This document shows, in pieces, positions 1 through 12,830 of a stretch of 64,000 nucleotides of DNA (position 1 is its first letter; every line of letters begins with the position of its first letter). Below the pieces are notes generated by a model. The model saw only the letters and a list, made by a program, of their open reading frames with translations. It did not search any database and had not been told where the DNA came from. The stretch spans positions 124,001 to 188,000 of the forward strand of contig NIVC01002184.1 of the NCBI GenBank assembly GCA_002269645.1, given 5' to 3'. The stretch is from Macrostomum lignano. Lineage: Eukaryota. A program made the translations under genes and the position numbers.

Positions 1-2445
1 CTAGGGCTGAGAGCTGGGGCTGAGAGCTCGGGCTGAGAGCTGGGGCCATGATGAGCTGGGGCTGAGAGCTGGGGCCATGAGGAGCTGGGGCTGAGAGCTG
101 GGGCCATGAGGAGCTGGGGCTGAGAGCTGGGGCCATGAGAGAGCTGGGGCTGAGAGCTGGGGCTGAGAGCTGGGGCTGAGAGCTGGGGCCATGATGAGCT
201 GGGGCTGAGAGCTGGGGCCATGAGAGAGCTGGGCTGAGAGCTGGGGCCGTGAGGAGCTGGGCTGAGAGCTGGGGCCATGAGGAGCTAGGGCTGAGAGCTG
301 GGGCCATGAGAGAGCTGGGCTGAGAGCTGGGGCCATGAGGAGCTAGGGCTGAGAGCTGGGGCTGAGAGCTGGGGCTGAGAGCTGGGGCTGAGAGCTGGGG
401 CCATAAGAGAGCTGGGGCTGAGAGCTGGGGCCATGAGGAGCTGGGACTGAGAGCTGGGGCCATGAAAGAGCTGGGCTGAGAGCTGGGGCTGGGAGCTGGG
501 GCCATGAGAGAGCTGAGGCCATGAGAGAACTGGGCTGAGAGCTCAAGCTGAGAGCTGAGGCCATGAGAGAGCTGGGGCTGAGAGCTGGGGCCATGAGAGA
601 GCTGGAGCCATAAGAGAGCTGGGGCTGAGAGCTGAGGTCATGAGAGAGCTGGGGCCATAAGAGAGCTGGGGCTGAGAGCTGGGGCCATGAGAGAGCTGGG
701 CTGAGAGCTGGGGCCATGAGGAGCTGGGGCTGAGAGCTGGGGCCATGAGAGAGCTGGGCTGAGAGCTGGGGCTGAGAGCTCGGGCTGAGAGCTGGGGCTG
801 AAAGCTCGGGCTGAGAGCTCGGGCTGAGAGCTGGGGCCATGAGAGAGCTGGGCTGAGAGCTGGGGCCATGAGAGAGCTGGGGCTGAGAGCTCGGGCTGAG
901 AGCTCGGGCTGAGAGCTGGGGCCATGAGAGAGCTGGGCTGAGAGCTGGGGCCATGAGGAGCTGGGGCTGAGACCTGGGGCTGAGAGCTAGGGCTGAGAGC
1001 TGGGGCTGAGAGCTGGGGCCATGAGAGAGCTGGGCTGAGAGCTGGGGCTGAGAGCTCGGGCTGAGAGGTCGGGCTTAGAGCTGGTGCCATGAGGAGCTGG
1101 GGCTGAGAGCTGGGGCCATGAGGAGCTGGGGCTGAGAGCTGGGGCCATGAGAGAGCTGAGCTGAGAGCTGGGGCTGAGAGCTGGGCTGAGAGCTGGGGCT
1201 GAGAGCTGGGACTGAGAGCTCGGGCTGAGAGCTGGGGCCATAAGAGAGCTGGGGCTGAGAGCTGGGGCTGAGAGCTGGGGCCATGAGGAGCTGGTGCTGA
1301 GAGCTGGGGCCATAAGAGAGCTGGGGCTGAGAGCTGGGGCCATGAGGAGCTGGGACTGAGAGCTGGGGCCATGAAAGAGCTGGGCTGAGAGCTGGGGCTG
1401 GGAGCTGGGGCCATGAGAGAGCTGAGGCCATGAGAGAACTGGGCTGAGAGCTCAAGCTGAGAGCTGAGGCCATGAGAGAGCTGGGGCTGAGAGCTGGGGC
1501 CATGAGAGAGCTGGAGCCATAAGAGAGCTGGGGCTGAGAGCTGAGGCCATGAGAGAGCTGGGGCCATAAGAGAGCTGGGGCTGAGAGCTGGGGCCATGAG
1601 AGAGCTGGGCTGAGAGCTGGGGCCATGAGGAGCTGGGGCTGAGAGCTGGGGCCATGAGAGAGCTGGGCTGAGAGCTGGGGCTGAGAGCTCGGGCTGAGAG
1701 CTGGGGCTGAAAGCTCGGGCTGAGAGCTCGGGCTGAGAGCTGGGGCCATGAGAGAGCTGGGCTGAGAGCTGGGGCCATGAGAGAGCTGGGGCTGAGAGCT
1801 CGGGCTGAGAGCTGGGGCCATGAGAGAGCTGGGCTGAGAGCTGGGGCCATGAGGAGCTGGGGCTGAGACCTGGGGCTGAGAGCTAGGGCTGAGAGCTGGG
1901 GCTGAGAGCTGGGGCCATGAGAGAGCTGGGCTGAGAGCTGGGGCTGAGAGCTCGGGCTGAGAGCTCGGGCTGAGAGGTCGGGCTTAGAGCTGGGGCCATG
2001 AGAGAGCTGGGCTGAGAGCTGGGGCTGAGAGCTGGGGCCATGAGGAGCTGGGGCTGAGAGCTGGGGCCATGAGGAGCTGGGGCTGAGAGCTGGTTCCATG
2101 AGGAGCTGGGGCCATGAGGAGCTGGGGCTGAGAGCTGGGGCCATGAGAGAGCTGGGCTGAGAGCTGGGGCTGAGAGCTGGGGCTGAGAGCTGGGCTGAGA
2201 GCTGGGGCTGAGAGCTGGGACTGAGAGCTCGGGCTGAGAGCTCGGGCTGAGAGCTGGGGCCATGAGGAGCTGGGGCTGAGAGCTGGGGCCATGAGAGAGC
2301 TGGGCTGAGAGCTGGGGCCATGAGAGAGCTGGGCTGAGAGCTGGGGCTGAGAGCTGGGGCTGAGAGCTCGGGCTGAGAGCTGGGGCCATGAGGAGCTGGG
2401 GCAGAGAGCTGGGGCCATGAGAGAGCTGGGGCTGAGAGCTAGGCA
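1..2445. repeat. G-rich minisatellite (GCTGAGAGCTGGG / GCCATGAGAGAGCTGGG variants) in an ABCA intron
   Basis: Continuous 13-18 bp variant units from the window start, ending about 60 nt before the acceptor CCAG at 2502. Confidence 0.97.
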
Positions 2446-2502
2446 GGGCCATGAGTAATCTCAGCAGCTCAAACCACTGTTGCCAATCGGAACTCCCTCC
2501 AG

Positions 2503-5500
2503 GTCACCCAATGGCTGGAGCAGCAAAAGAAGCAACCCGAAGGCAAGTCCAATTTCAAAAGCTTCGGTCTGTCGCTAACGGGTCTCGAGAGCGTCTTCGA
2601 GCAGCAGGGCGAAGCCGCCGATGCTGCCGACTCAGCAGTCGCTCCGAAGGCTCTCGCCGACGCCACGATAGCCGCCGCCGCCAAGGTCGCCAGGCCAAGC
2701 GTGCTCAGACAGTTCGCCGCCCTGCTCGTCCTGAGTGTTCGTCGACTGTACCGGAGCTGCGGTCGGATCTGCTGCCGCCTTGTGCTGCCCCTGCTGCTGT
2801 TTGCCGCCTTCATAATTTTGCTGGTGTTCAGCCGCATCTCGCATGACTCTCCGCCCCATGGCGTCAATTCTGAGCACCCTGTGCGCTTCGAATGGCTGAG
2901 AGGATTCTCCGAAATTTCCGGCATCTGCCTCACGGATTTCGGCTCTGAGCCGCCGTCGGTTGACGACTGCGACACCCTGTTGACTGGCGGCGGAATCAAC
3001 TACGCAAAGAAGATCTTGGTGCTGAGCAAACCGGCCGATATGTCACTGCCGGTCTTTCTTAGCTTACAGCATGTGAGTTCTGTTATTCACCATTCTCTCC
3101 ATTCCATGCCCTCCATTCCCCCTCACTCAGAGCCGTCCCCGCCCATGCCCTCCATTCCCCCTCACTCAGAGCCGTCCCCACCAATGTCCTCCATTCCCCA
3201 CCCCCTCACTCAGATCTGTCGCCGCCCATGCCCTCCATTTCCCCTCACTCAGAGCCGTCCCCGCCCATACCCTCCATTCCCCCTCACTCAGAGCCGTCCC
3301 CGCCAATGCCCTCAATCCCCCCTCACTCAGAGCCGTCCCCGCCCATGCTCTCCATTCCCCCTCACTCAGAGCCGTCCCCGCCCATGCTCTCCATTCCCCC
3401 TCACTCAGAGCCGTCCCCGCCCATGCTCTCCATTCCCCCTCACTCAGAGCCGTCCCCGCCAATGCCCTCCATTCCCCCTCACTCAGAGCCATCCCCGCCC
3501 AGGCCCTCCATTCCCCCTCACTCAGAGCCGTCCCCTCCAATGCCCTCCTCCCCTGTTCCCCTCCGCCACAGCAGTGAGCCATACTCATGCCAAGCAAATT
3601 CGCTCCGATCTCACCGCCCAACAGACGCAGGACAAATTCCGCGAGTCCTGCAGTTACGCTTGGCAATGCCCCCTGGCCTACGCCAGCAACTGGTCGCTGG
3701 CGGACGGGGCCGAAGGCAACGCCGGGCGCAGCGTCTACTTCGGGTATTTCATTGACGAGAGCAAATCTTATAGCAAAATTACCGCTGGCCGGCTGATCAA
3801 AGGCTACTCCAGATTGGCAAAGTACTTCAATGTGAGGCTCTGTAAGATTCCCGAGAGGGAGAGTCAGCTCTCTGCAGGTGCGCCTTGGCAAATTGTTACT
3901 TATTGCAGTGGTTTAGTCCGTTTTGTTTGATTCCATACATTCAATTGGTCCTGAGTTCGAGTCTTGATTCTGTCCTGTTTAATAATGTGGTCCTAAGTTC
4001 GAGTCTAGATTCTGTCCTGTTTAATAATGTGGTCCTGAGTTCGAGTCTAGATTCTGTCCTGTTTAATAATGTGGTCCTGAGTTCGAGTCTAGATTCTGTC
4101 CTGTTTAATAATGTGGTCCTAAGTTCGAGTCTAGATTCTGTCCTGTTTAATAATGTGGTCCTGAGTTCGAGTCTTGATCATGTCCTTTTTAATATGTTGG
4201 TCCTGGGCTCGAATCTCACCATTGTCCCATTTCTAATTATCACGTACATGCGAATGTTAAACACAGCTCAAATTAATCACCCACAGACAACTCTTCGTTC
4301 TCGTTTATCGGCGCCACAATCCGCAACCCGCTGTCAGTGTCCGTGTACTTTAACACGCCAATGCTGGCGCTGCTGCTCATGATTGCCGTGACCCCGGTAG
4401 GCATGCTGTCAGATCCCATCGAGGATCAGTCCAGCGGGCTTCGCTGCCAGCTCAGGGCGATGGGCGTCTCCTCAATTGGCTATTGGACCAGCACCTGCTT
4501 GTTGCACTGGCTGCAGTACATGCTGCTGTGCCTGCCAGCCGTGGTTGCCATGGTGATAGTCATGCCAAGCATGTACGCCAATGCGTATTTCCTGGTTGGC
4601 GTGTTCCCCGTGCTGCTGCTGCTGGGGCTGCCTGTCAATCAGCTGGTTGTGTACGCGGCCTCCACCTGGGTTCGCCGGGCCAACGCCATCGCCACTGGCC
4701 TGCTGTTTGTTGTGTGCTTCGCCTGCGGCCTGTCTCCGCTATTGGTGAACCTTAGCAACTACATCGGCCTCTGCCTGGCCGCACTGTGGCCGCCCTACGC
4801 TGTGATTGGCCTGCCGTTCTACGCTGGCAATCTGGCTAGCAATGCCGCCGAGTTTTACGGCACCACGCAGCTTGACAGAGTGCCAAGTTTGTCCGGCATC
4901 TACTTAAGCCATCCGCTGCTGGTGCTGTGCCTGGTCTGCGTGCCCATCCATGCCCTGCTGCTCTGCGGCCTGCTGGCTGTCAGGGAATTCGGCCTCGGCA
5001 CCCTGATGTCGGCAGCTGTACGTAGGTGCCGATGCGATCGCTGGCTGCCGAGCTCGAGTAGAATTCGCGATGAGGCCGATCATGTGCCTATGATGCGTGA
5101 GTTTGCTGCTCATCTCTGCTACGTTTGTCCCAACATCTATGGGCTTATTTGATTAACTCGACTTAAAGGCTGTCCTGACAATTCAAACAATCCGGGATCC
5201 CGAGGTCCCGATTCTAGGAATCTTTGGTCCTGAGGTACCGATTCTAGCGATCCTGGATCCCGAGGTCCCGATTCTAGGAATCCGAGATCCTGAGGTACCG
5301 ATTCTAGCGATCCTGGATCCCGAGGTCCCGATTCTAGGAATCTTTTATCCTGAGGTACCGATTCTAGCGATCCTGGATCCCGAGGTCCCGATTCTAGGAA
5401 TCTTTGGTCCTGAGGTACCGATTCTAGCGATCCTGGATCCCGAGGTCCCGATTCTAGGAATCTTTTATCCTGAGGTACCGATTCTAGCGATCCTGGATCC

Positions 5501-8500
5501 CGAGGTCCCGATTCTAGGAATCTTTTATCCTGAGGTACCGATTCTAGCGATCCTGGATCCCGAGGTCCCGATTCTAGGAATCTTTGGTCCTGAGGTACCG
5601 ATTCTAGCGATCCTGGATCCCGAGGTCCCGATTCTAGGAATCTTTTATCCTGAGGTACCGATTCTAGCGATCCTGGATCCCGAGGTCCCGATTCTAGGAA
5701 TCTTTTATCCTGAGGTACCGATTCTAGCGATCCTGGATCCCGAGGTCCCGATTCTAGGAATCCGAGATCCTGAGGTACCGATTCTAGCGATCCTGGATCC
5801 CGAGGTCCCGATTCTAGGAATCCGAGATCCTGAGGTACCGATTCTAGCGATCCTGGATCCCGAGGTCCCGATTCTAGGAATCTTTTATCCTGAGGTACCG
5901 ATTCTAGCGATCCTGGATCCCGAGGTCCCGATTCTAGGAATCTTTGGTCCTGAGGTACCGATTCTAGCGATCCTGGATCCCGAGGTCCCGATTCTAGGAA
6001 TCTTTTATCCTGAGGTACCGATTCTAGCGATCCTGGATCCCGAGGTCCCGATTCTAGGAATCTTTTATCCTGAGGTACCGATTCTAGCGATCCTGGATCC
6101 CGAGGTCCCGATTCTAGGAATCCGAGATCCTGAGGTACCGATTCTAGCGATCCTGGATCCCGAGGTCCCGATTCTAGGAATCCGAGATCCTGAGGTACCG
6201 ATTCTAGCGATCCTGGATCCCGAGGTCCCGATTCTAGGAATCCGAGATCCTGAGGTACCGATTCTAGCGATCCTGGATCCCGAGGTCCTGATTCTAGGAA
6301 TCCGAGATCCTGAGGTACCGATTCTAGCGATCCTGGATCCCGAGGTCCCGATTCTAGGAATCCTGGTTCCTGAGATCCCGATAATAGGAATCCTGGATCC
6401 CGATCATAGGAATCCGAGATCCTGAGGTACCGATTCTAGCGATCCTGGATCCCCGAGTCCCGATTCAAGTGATCCTGGATCCCAGAGGTCCCGATTCTAG
6501 GAATCATGGATCCCGTAGTCCCGATTCTAGGAATCATGGATCCCGTAGTCCCGATTCTAGGAATCATGGATCCCGTAGTCCCGATTCTAGGAATCATGGA
6601 TCCCGTAGTCCCGATTCTAGGAATACTGATCCTAAAGTAACGATTCCAGAAACATCCTTGCATGTTGAATTTTGCAAGGTGATCGCAGATGCAATACACG
6701 CCATGCTGCCAGAAGAGGCCCCGAATCCAGATTTATTTGTGTGAAGACAAAACGTTGTCTCACGCCTGTCTTCTAAATTAAGTACTTTTACTTGCAGCAG
6801 TACTTCAGCACGTAGACAGAGATATAAAACATAAGAAAGCAAATAGAAACAATCATTGATGTTAATTACGCTAATCCCTGGGTTTTTATCCCTCTTATCT
6901 TAGTTATCTATTTAAATGATTCCATAGTAAGCTTATCATACAGTAGTTTGTGTCCCGGCGCCCGCAGCTTCAAGCCGAGTTGTAGAAGTTCAAGTAGACA
7001 GTCACGAGGCAGAGCTGGTCAAGTTGGCATCCACTGCCAGAGACGGCACGGAGGCAGAGCCGGCGGCCGCTGCCGTCGAGGACATCGGCGTCCAGAAGGA
7101 GCGCGATCGCCTGCTGAAGAAGCAGCCGGTTACTTGCAGAAGCGGCTCGACTGTAGACGAGGCGGATAAGGCTGCACAAAATGATGATTCGGTGCAGGTG
7201 AGTCTAAATGTCTACTGGTGACTCTAGCGACTCTTCTGAGAACTTCCTAGAATCTCGTTGTGTTGGCGCTGAGCATTCTACTAACTCAGTAGGCTAGTTA
7301 GAGCACTTCAAAATGCAACTCAGACTACAGCGACTCTAGCACGTCTCAGGGTAGTGAAAAAATTACTTCAAAGTGATTCTTAAGCGACTCTTTGACGCTT
7401 TTTTGCGACTTGTACCGTCACGTAAAATTTCATGATTCTAGCGATCCGGGATCCCGAGGTCCCGATTTTAGAAATTTGGGATCCCGAGGTCCCGATTCTA
7501 AGAATCTGGGATCCTTAGGTCCCGATTTTAAGAACCCGGGATCCCGAGGTCCCGATTCTAGGAATCCGGGATCCTTAGGTCCTGATTTTAAGAACCCGGG
7601 GTCCCGATTCTAGGAATCCGGGATCCTGAGGTCCTGGTTTTAACAACCCGAGATCCCGAGGTCCCGATTCTAGGAATCCGGGATCCTTAGGTCCTGATTT
7701 TAAGAACCCGAGATCCCGAGGTCCCGATTCTAGGAATCCGGGATCCTTAGGTCCTGATTTTAAGAACCCGAGATCCCGAGGTCCCGATTCTAGGAATCCG
7801 GGATCCTGAGGTCCTGATTTTAAGAACACGGGATCCCGAGGTCCCGATTCTAGGAATCCGGGATCCTGAGGTCCTGATTTTAAGAACCCGAGATCCCGAG
7901 GTCCCGATTCTAGGAATCCGGGATCCTGAGGTCCTGGTTTTAAGAACCCTGGATCCCGAGGTCCCGATTCTAGGAATCCGGGATCCTGAGGTCCTTGTTT
8001 TAAGAACCCGAGATCCCGAGGTCCCGATTCTAGGAATCCGGGATCCTGAGGTCCTGATTTTAAGAACCCGAGGTCCCGATTCTAGGAATCCGGGATCCTG
8101 AGGTCCTGATTTTAAGAACCCGAGATCCCGAGGTCCCGATTCTAGGAATCCGGGATCCTGAGGTCCTGGTTTTAAGAACCCGAGATTCCGAGGTCCCGAT
8201 TCTAGGAATCCGGGATCCTTAGGTCCTGATTTTAAGAACCCGAGATCCCGAGGTCCCGGTTCTAGGAATGTTATTTTAGCTGTGTTACCTGCAACGATTC
8301 TAAAACGACTCTCGGGAGACACAAGTGACTCTGGTACGCTTCTTGGCCTGGGTCGGTTTTTCATCGGGTTACTTACAGTAGACAGTTCAGCACATTGTTA
8401 AATAGTCTACACTGTCTCTCACACCGCAGGTGCTCAGCCTGGCCAAGCGCTATCCCGGCGCCCCCAGCCGCGCTGTCAATGACGTCACCTTTGGCGCCAG

Positions 8501-10644
8501 GGCCGGCCAGATTTTCGGCCTCCTCGGCCCGAACGGCGCCGGCAAATCGACAACTCTGTCGGTGCTGGTCGGCGAGCGCTCGGCCAGCCAAGGCCGCTGC
8601 CTGGTGGACGGCTCCTCGGGCCGTGAGGCGGCCCGGCTGGGCAAGATCGGCTACTGCCCGCAGTACTCGCCGCTGCTACCCACGATCACCGTGCTGGAGC
8701 ACCTGCAATTCTATGCCAGAGTTCGCGGCCTGCCGTCCGAGTCAATCAGTCAGCAGTCCAAGGCTCTAGCGGAGGCTATGGGCCTCGCTAAGTACCTGCA
8801 CTTGTCCGCTAGCGGCCTGTCTGGCGGCAACCGCAGGCGGCTGTGTCTGGCCATCGCTCTGCTCGGCAACCCGTCTGTGCTGGTCATTGACGAGGCCTCC
8901 ACTGGTGTGGATCCCGAGAACAAGCGGTCGATATGGAAGGCAGTGCGGGCCGCGGCCGGCAGTTGCCGGGCCGTTGTGCTCACCACTCACAGCATGGAGG
9001 AGGCGGAGGCCCTGTGCTCCCAAGTTGGCATCATGCACGGTGGCCGGCTGCTGGCTCTGGGCTCCAATCAGGAACTGAAGGATAGGTAATTTTCTAGAGA
9101 AATCTGCGGAATGTTGCTGCTTAAATTGACAAACTGCTCCCCACATAATCGCTTCCTCATTAATTTTCTTTCTAAACAATGGATTACCTAATGCTGTCTA
9201 GTCTCCCTCATTGTTAGACTGTCAAGCTGTCTAATCTCCCTCGTCATTAGACAGTCAAGCTCTCTAATCTCCCTCATCATTAGACAGTCAAGCTCTCTAA
9301 TATCCCTCATCATTAGACAGTCAAGCTCTCTAATCTCCCTCATCACTAGACAGTCAAGCTCTCTAATATCCCTCATCATTATACAGTCAAGCTCCCTAAT
9401 CTCCCTCATCACTAGACAGTCAAGCTGTCTAATCTCCCTCATCATTAGACAGTCAAGCTCCCTAATCTCCCTCATCATTAGACAGTCGCTACCTAATATC
9501 CCTCATCATTATACAGTCAAGCTCCCTAATCTCCCTCATCACTAGACAGTCAAGCTCCCTAATCTCCCTCATCATTAGACAGTCGCTACCTAATCTCCCT
9601 CATCACTAGACAGTCGCTACCTAATCTCCCTCATCACTAGACAGTCAAGCTCTCTAATATCCCTCATCATTAGACAGTCAAGCTCTCTAATCTCCCTCAT
9701 CACTAGACAGTCAAGCTCTCTAATATCCCTCATCATTAGACAGTCAAGCTCCCTAATCTCCCTCATCACTAGACAGTCAAGCTGTCTAATCTCCCTCATC
9801 ATTAGACAGTCAAGCTCCCTAATCTCCCTCATCATTAGACAGTCGCTACCTAATATCCCTCATCATTAGACAGTCAAGCTCCCTAATCTCCCTCATCATT
9901 AGACAGTCGCTACCTAATCTCCCTCATCACTAGACAGTCGCTACCTAATCTCCCTCATCACTAGACAGTCAAGCTGTCTAATCTCCCTCATCATTAGACA
10001 GTCGCTACCTAATCTCCCTCATCACTAGACAGTCAAGCTCTCTAATATCCCTCATCATTAGACAGTCAAGCTCTCTAATATCCCTCATCACTAGACAGTC
10101 AAGCTGTCTAATCTCCCTCATCATTAGACAGTCGCTATCTAATTGCTGTCCTTTCTGTATACTCACTCTACTCAGAAGGCCCACCAACCCGCATTGAAGG
10201 TACGGCAAGAACTACACTCTGGATGTGCAGATGAAGCGCGACCAGGCTGGCCCAGCATCCGGCAGTGGCGACAGCAGCCCAGACGAAATTTCCGATCTAT
10301 TAAAGAGATGCTTTAAAAACTACAGAAAAGTGGAAGATTTTCACGCCTGGTGCCGCTTCGAAGTTGAACTGAAAGATGGCGAGAACGCCTTGAGTGAGGC
10401 TTTGGAAGAGCTGAAGAACCGCGGGCTGGTCAAGTCTTATGCTCTCTACCAGGCGTCGCTGGACCAGATATTTATCGGCCTACTTGAAGGCAGGAATTTG
10501 CTAAAGAATGAACTTGAAGAAATTAAAAATGGCCGAATTGATGAGTTTCTTCGCCTTGTCGCCAGCTGTGGAGGCGGTCGCCGAGAAGCTGGATTGGAGA
10601 CTAGTCAGACCGGACAGACAGCTGGTGGCCAGGCTGATGCCTAA
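2503..10644 (+). CDS. ABCA: ABC transporter subfamily A, C-terminal half (R1 end, TMD2, NBD2, R2); 5' part lies outside the window
   Basis: Phase-consistent exons: 2503-3072, (3526, 3625 or 3631)-3877, 4287-5096, 6968-7197, 8430-9085, 10200-10644. Motifs: SFGLSLTGLESVF (R1), QLRAMGVSSIGYW, EDIGVQKERDRL, Walker A GPNGAGKST, Q-loop CPQ, signature LSGGNRRRL, Walker B VLVIDE, THSMEE, KDRYGKNYTL, YQASLDQIF. Confidence 0.93.
3107..3545. repeat. 39-bp pyrimidine-rich minisatellite (~11 copies) in an ABCA intron
   Basis: Unit CCATGCCCTCCATTCCCCCTCACTCAGAGCCGTCCCCGC. Confidence 0.95.
3947..4210. repeat. 42-bp minisatellite (~6 copies) in an ABCA intron
   Basis: Unit GGTCCTGAGTTCGAGTCTAGATTCTGTCCTGTTTAATAATGT; copies start at 3947, 3989 and onward. 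Confidence 0.95.
5189..6630. repeat. 60-bp (2 x 30-bp) minisatellite in an ABCA intron
   Basis: Exact 60-bp periodicity 5200-6400; core GATCCCGAGGTCCCGATTCTAGGAATC. Confidence 0.97.
7425..8270. repeat. 60-bp (2 x 30-bp) minisatellite, same family as 5189-6630
   Basis: Shares GATCCCGAGGTCCCGATTCTAGGAATCC; the partner monomer is GGATCCTGAGGTCCTGATTTTAAGAACCC. Confidence 0.96.
9192..10140. repeat. ~33-bp minisatellite in the last ABCA intron
   Basis: Unit CTAATCTCCCTCATCATTAGACAGTCAAGCTCT, with shorter GTCGCTAC variants. Confidence 0.96.
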
Positions 10645-11378
10645 TGATGCTTAATGATGCCTAATGATGCTTAATGATGCCTAATGATGCCTAATGATGC
10701 TTAATGATGCCTAGTGATGCTTAATGATGCCTAATGATGCCTAATGATGCTTAATGATGCCTAATGATGCTTAATGATGCCTAATGATGCCTAATGATGC
10801 TTAATGATGCCTAGTGATGCTTAATGATGCCTAATGATGCCTAATGATGCTTAATGATGCCTAGTGATGCTTAATAATGCCTAATGATGCTTAATGATGC
10901 CTAATGATGCCTAGTGATGCTTAATGATGCCTAATGATGCTTAATGATGCCTAATGATGCCTAATGATGCCTAATGATGCTTAATGATGCCTAATGATGC
11001 CTAATGATGCTTAATGATGCCTAGTGATGCTTAATGATGCCTAATGATGCCTAATGATGCTTAATGATGCCTAGTGATGCTTAATGATGCCTAATGATGC
11101 TTAATGATGCCTAATGATGCCTAATGATGCCTAATGATGCTTAATGATGCTTAATGATGCCTAGTGATGCTTAATGATGCCTAATGATGCCTAATGATGC
11201 TTAATGATGCCTAGTGATGCTTAATGATGCCTAGTGATGCTTAATGATGCCTAATGATGCTTAATGATGCCTAATGATGCCTAATGATGCTTAATGATGC
11301 CTAATGATGCTTAATGATGCCTAATGATGCTTAATGATGCTTAATGATGCCTAATGATGCCTAATGATGCTTAATGAT
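10636..11378. repeat. 10-bp satellite (ATGC[C/T]TA[A/G]TG)n starting at the ABCA stop codon
   Basis: About 74 units; the first unit contains the TAA at 10642-10644. Confidence 0.97.
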
Positions 11379-12439
11379 GGCATTGAGGCTTTTGTAAATA
11401 CATTCGCTGCATGCTTTCGCGGGCAATATAGTTTTTCCTTCCACTTGTCAAACTGCATTGCTTTTTTGCTAAACTAAGTCATTGCAAACAACTCTGATAA
11501 CTCTTTAACAAGTCAAACAACTTTGATGAGACAGAGAGGCGGCTGAAAATTCGTCCAAGAGTCGTTTTGTTAGCGCTTAACTGTCTACTGACTCAAGTAG
11601 ACTAAATAGAGTTGTTATAAATTCATTGATGTGGGGCAGATGCGCTTTAGATGCAACTTATTTTATCTGCGTTACCGCTTCTTGGCCTGGGTACCGCTCT
11701 CGTCGGGGGATTGTTGGAATCTCGTTACTAACAAAAAATTATCTATATTCTCCCTGTGCTTAGTCAACTTCCCGTTATAAGGCCTAAAGTTAACCACGGT
11801 ATGTATGGCCTCTATTCATATTTGCTCCTGTATGTGCAACGTTTTTCACGGTTTTGTAAGCAAGCAAATTTTTTTCATTATCATCAGCTACGCTATAAAC
11901 GCGCCATGAAACTCTCTGCAACCAATTAACGCCGGTAAAAGCATCCCGATAAACTACGAGAATGTCTGTATGCTATAAAATACTTATTAAAATTGCCAAC
12001 TTATGACTTATTACTGCGCGAAATCATTGCTTGCTGCTAACAATAGATTTGTAGGCTTTGCCCTCCGTGTTATTATTGTTGTTGTTGTTGTTGTATGTGC
12101 GTCTTTTAAACATGTCTCTTTAAGCATAAGGATTTTGGCTATTTAATAGCCGTATAATTTTATGTAAAATATGTATTCCTTGGCTTATTATTCACCAATA
12201 TATTATAAGCAAGTATTATTTTGCTTTTTGCCTCGCCGTTTAACTTAAAAAAATGCTTCAAGCTTTGAGTATGTTGACTTGCGTTCGACATTTTTAGTTT
12301 GCGTTTCAAATTCTTTTCTTGCTACTGTTAGTAGGCTTCAATCATCGATTCCTTCATTTTCACTCTCACTCCCAGATCACAATTTCCCTTTTGGATTATA
12401 TTTCCCTTATATATTTAATCTTAATTCCAAGCCTGAATA

Positions 12440-12830
12440 ACTAAATCACTCCCAGATCCTTAATCTCACTCCCAGATCCTCAATCTCACCCTCAGATCCT
12501 CAATCTCACCCCATATCCTAAATCTCACCCCCAGATCCTCAATCTCACCCCAGACCCTAATCTCACCCCAGATCCCTAATCTTACCCAGATCCCCAATCT
12601 CACCCACAGAATCCCAATCTCATCCCAGATCCCTAATCTCGCTCAGATCTCAAATCTCACTCCAGATCCCAATCTCACCCCAGATCCCCAATCTCACCCA
12701 GATCCTTAATCTCACCCCAGGCCCAGATCCCCAATCTAACCCCCAGATTCCCAATCTCACCCCCAAATCCTCAATGTCACCCCTATATTCTCAATCTCAC
12801 TCAATCTCTCAATCTCAATCTCTTCCAAAT
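12440..12830. repeat. Degenerate ~19-20-bp minisatellite (CCCAGATCCTCAATCTCAC)
   Basis: Same unit as 14640-15195, more diverged. Confidence 0.85.

Noticed and set aside
1-2452. Many minus-strand ORFs (MAPALSPSSQP...)
   Set aside because: Translations of the intronic minisatellite; no unique sequence.
5189-8270. CRISPR-like appearance of regular 30/60-bp repeats
   Set aside because: No unique spacers, no cas genes, and the context is eukaryotic introns.
8337-11692. 17-nt exact repeat CGCTTCTTGGCCTGGGT at 8337 and 11676
   Set aside because: Isolated match with no flanking homology; probably a dispersed repeat remnant.
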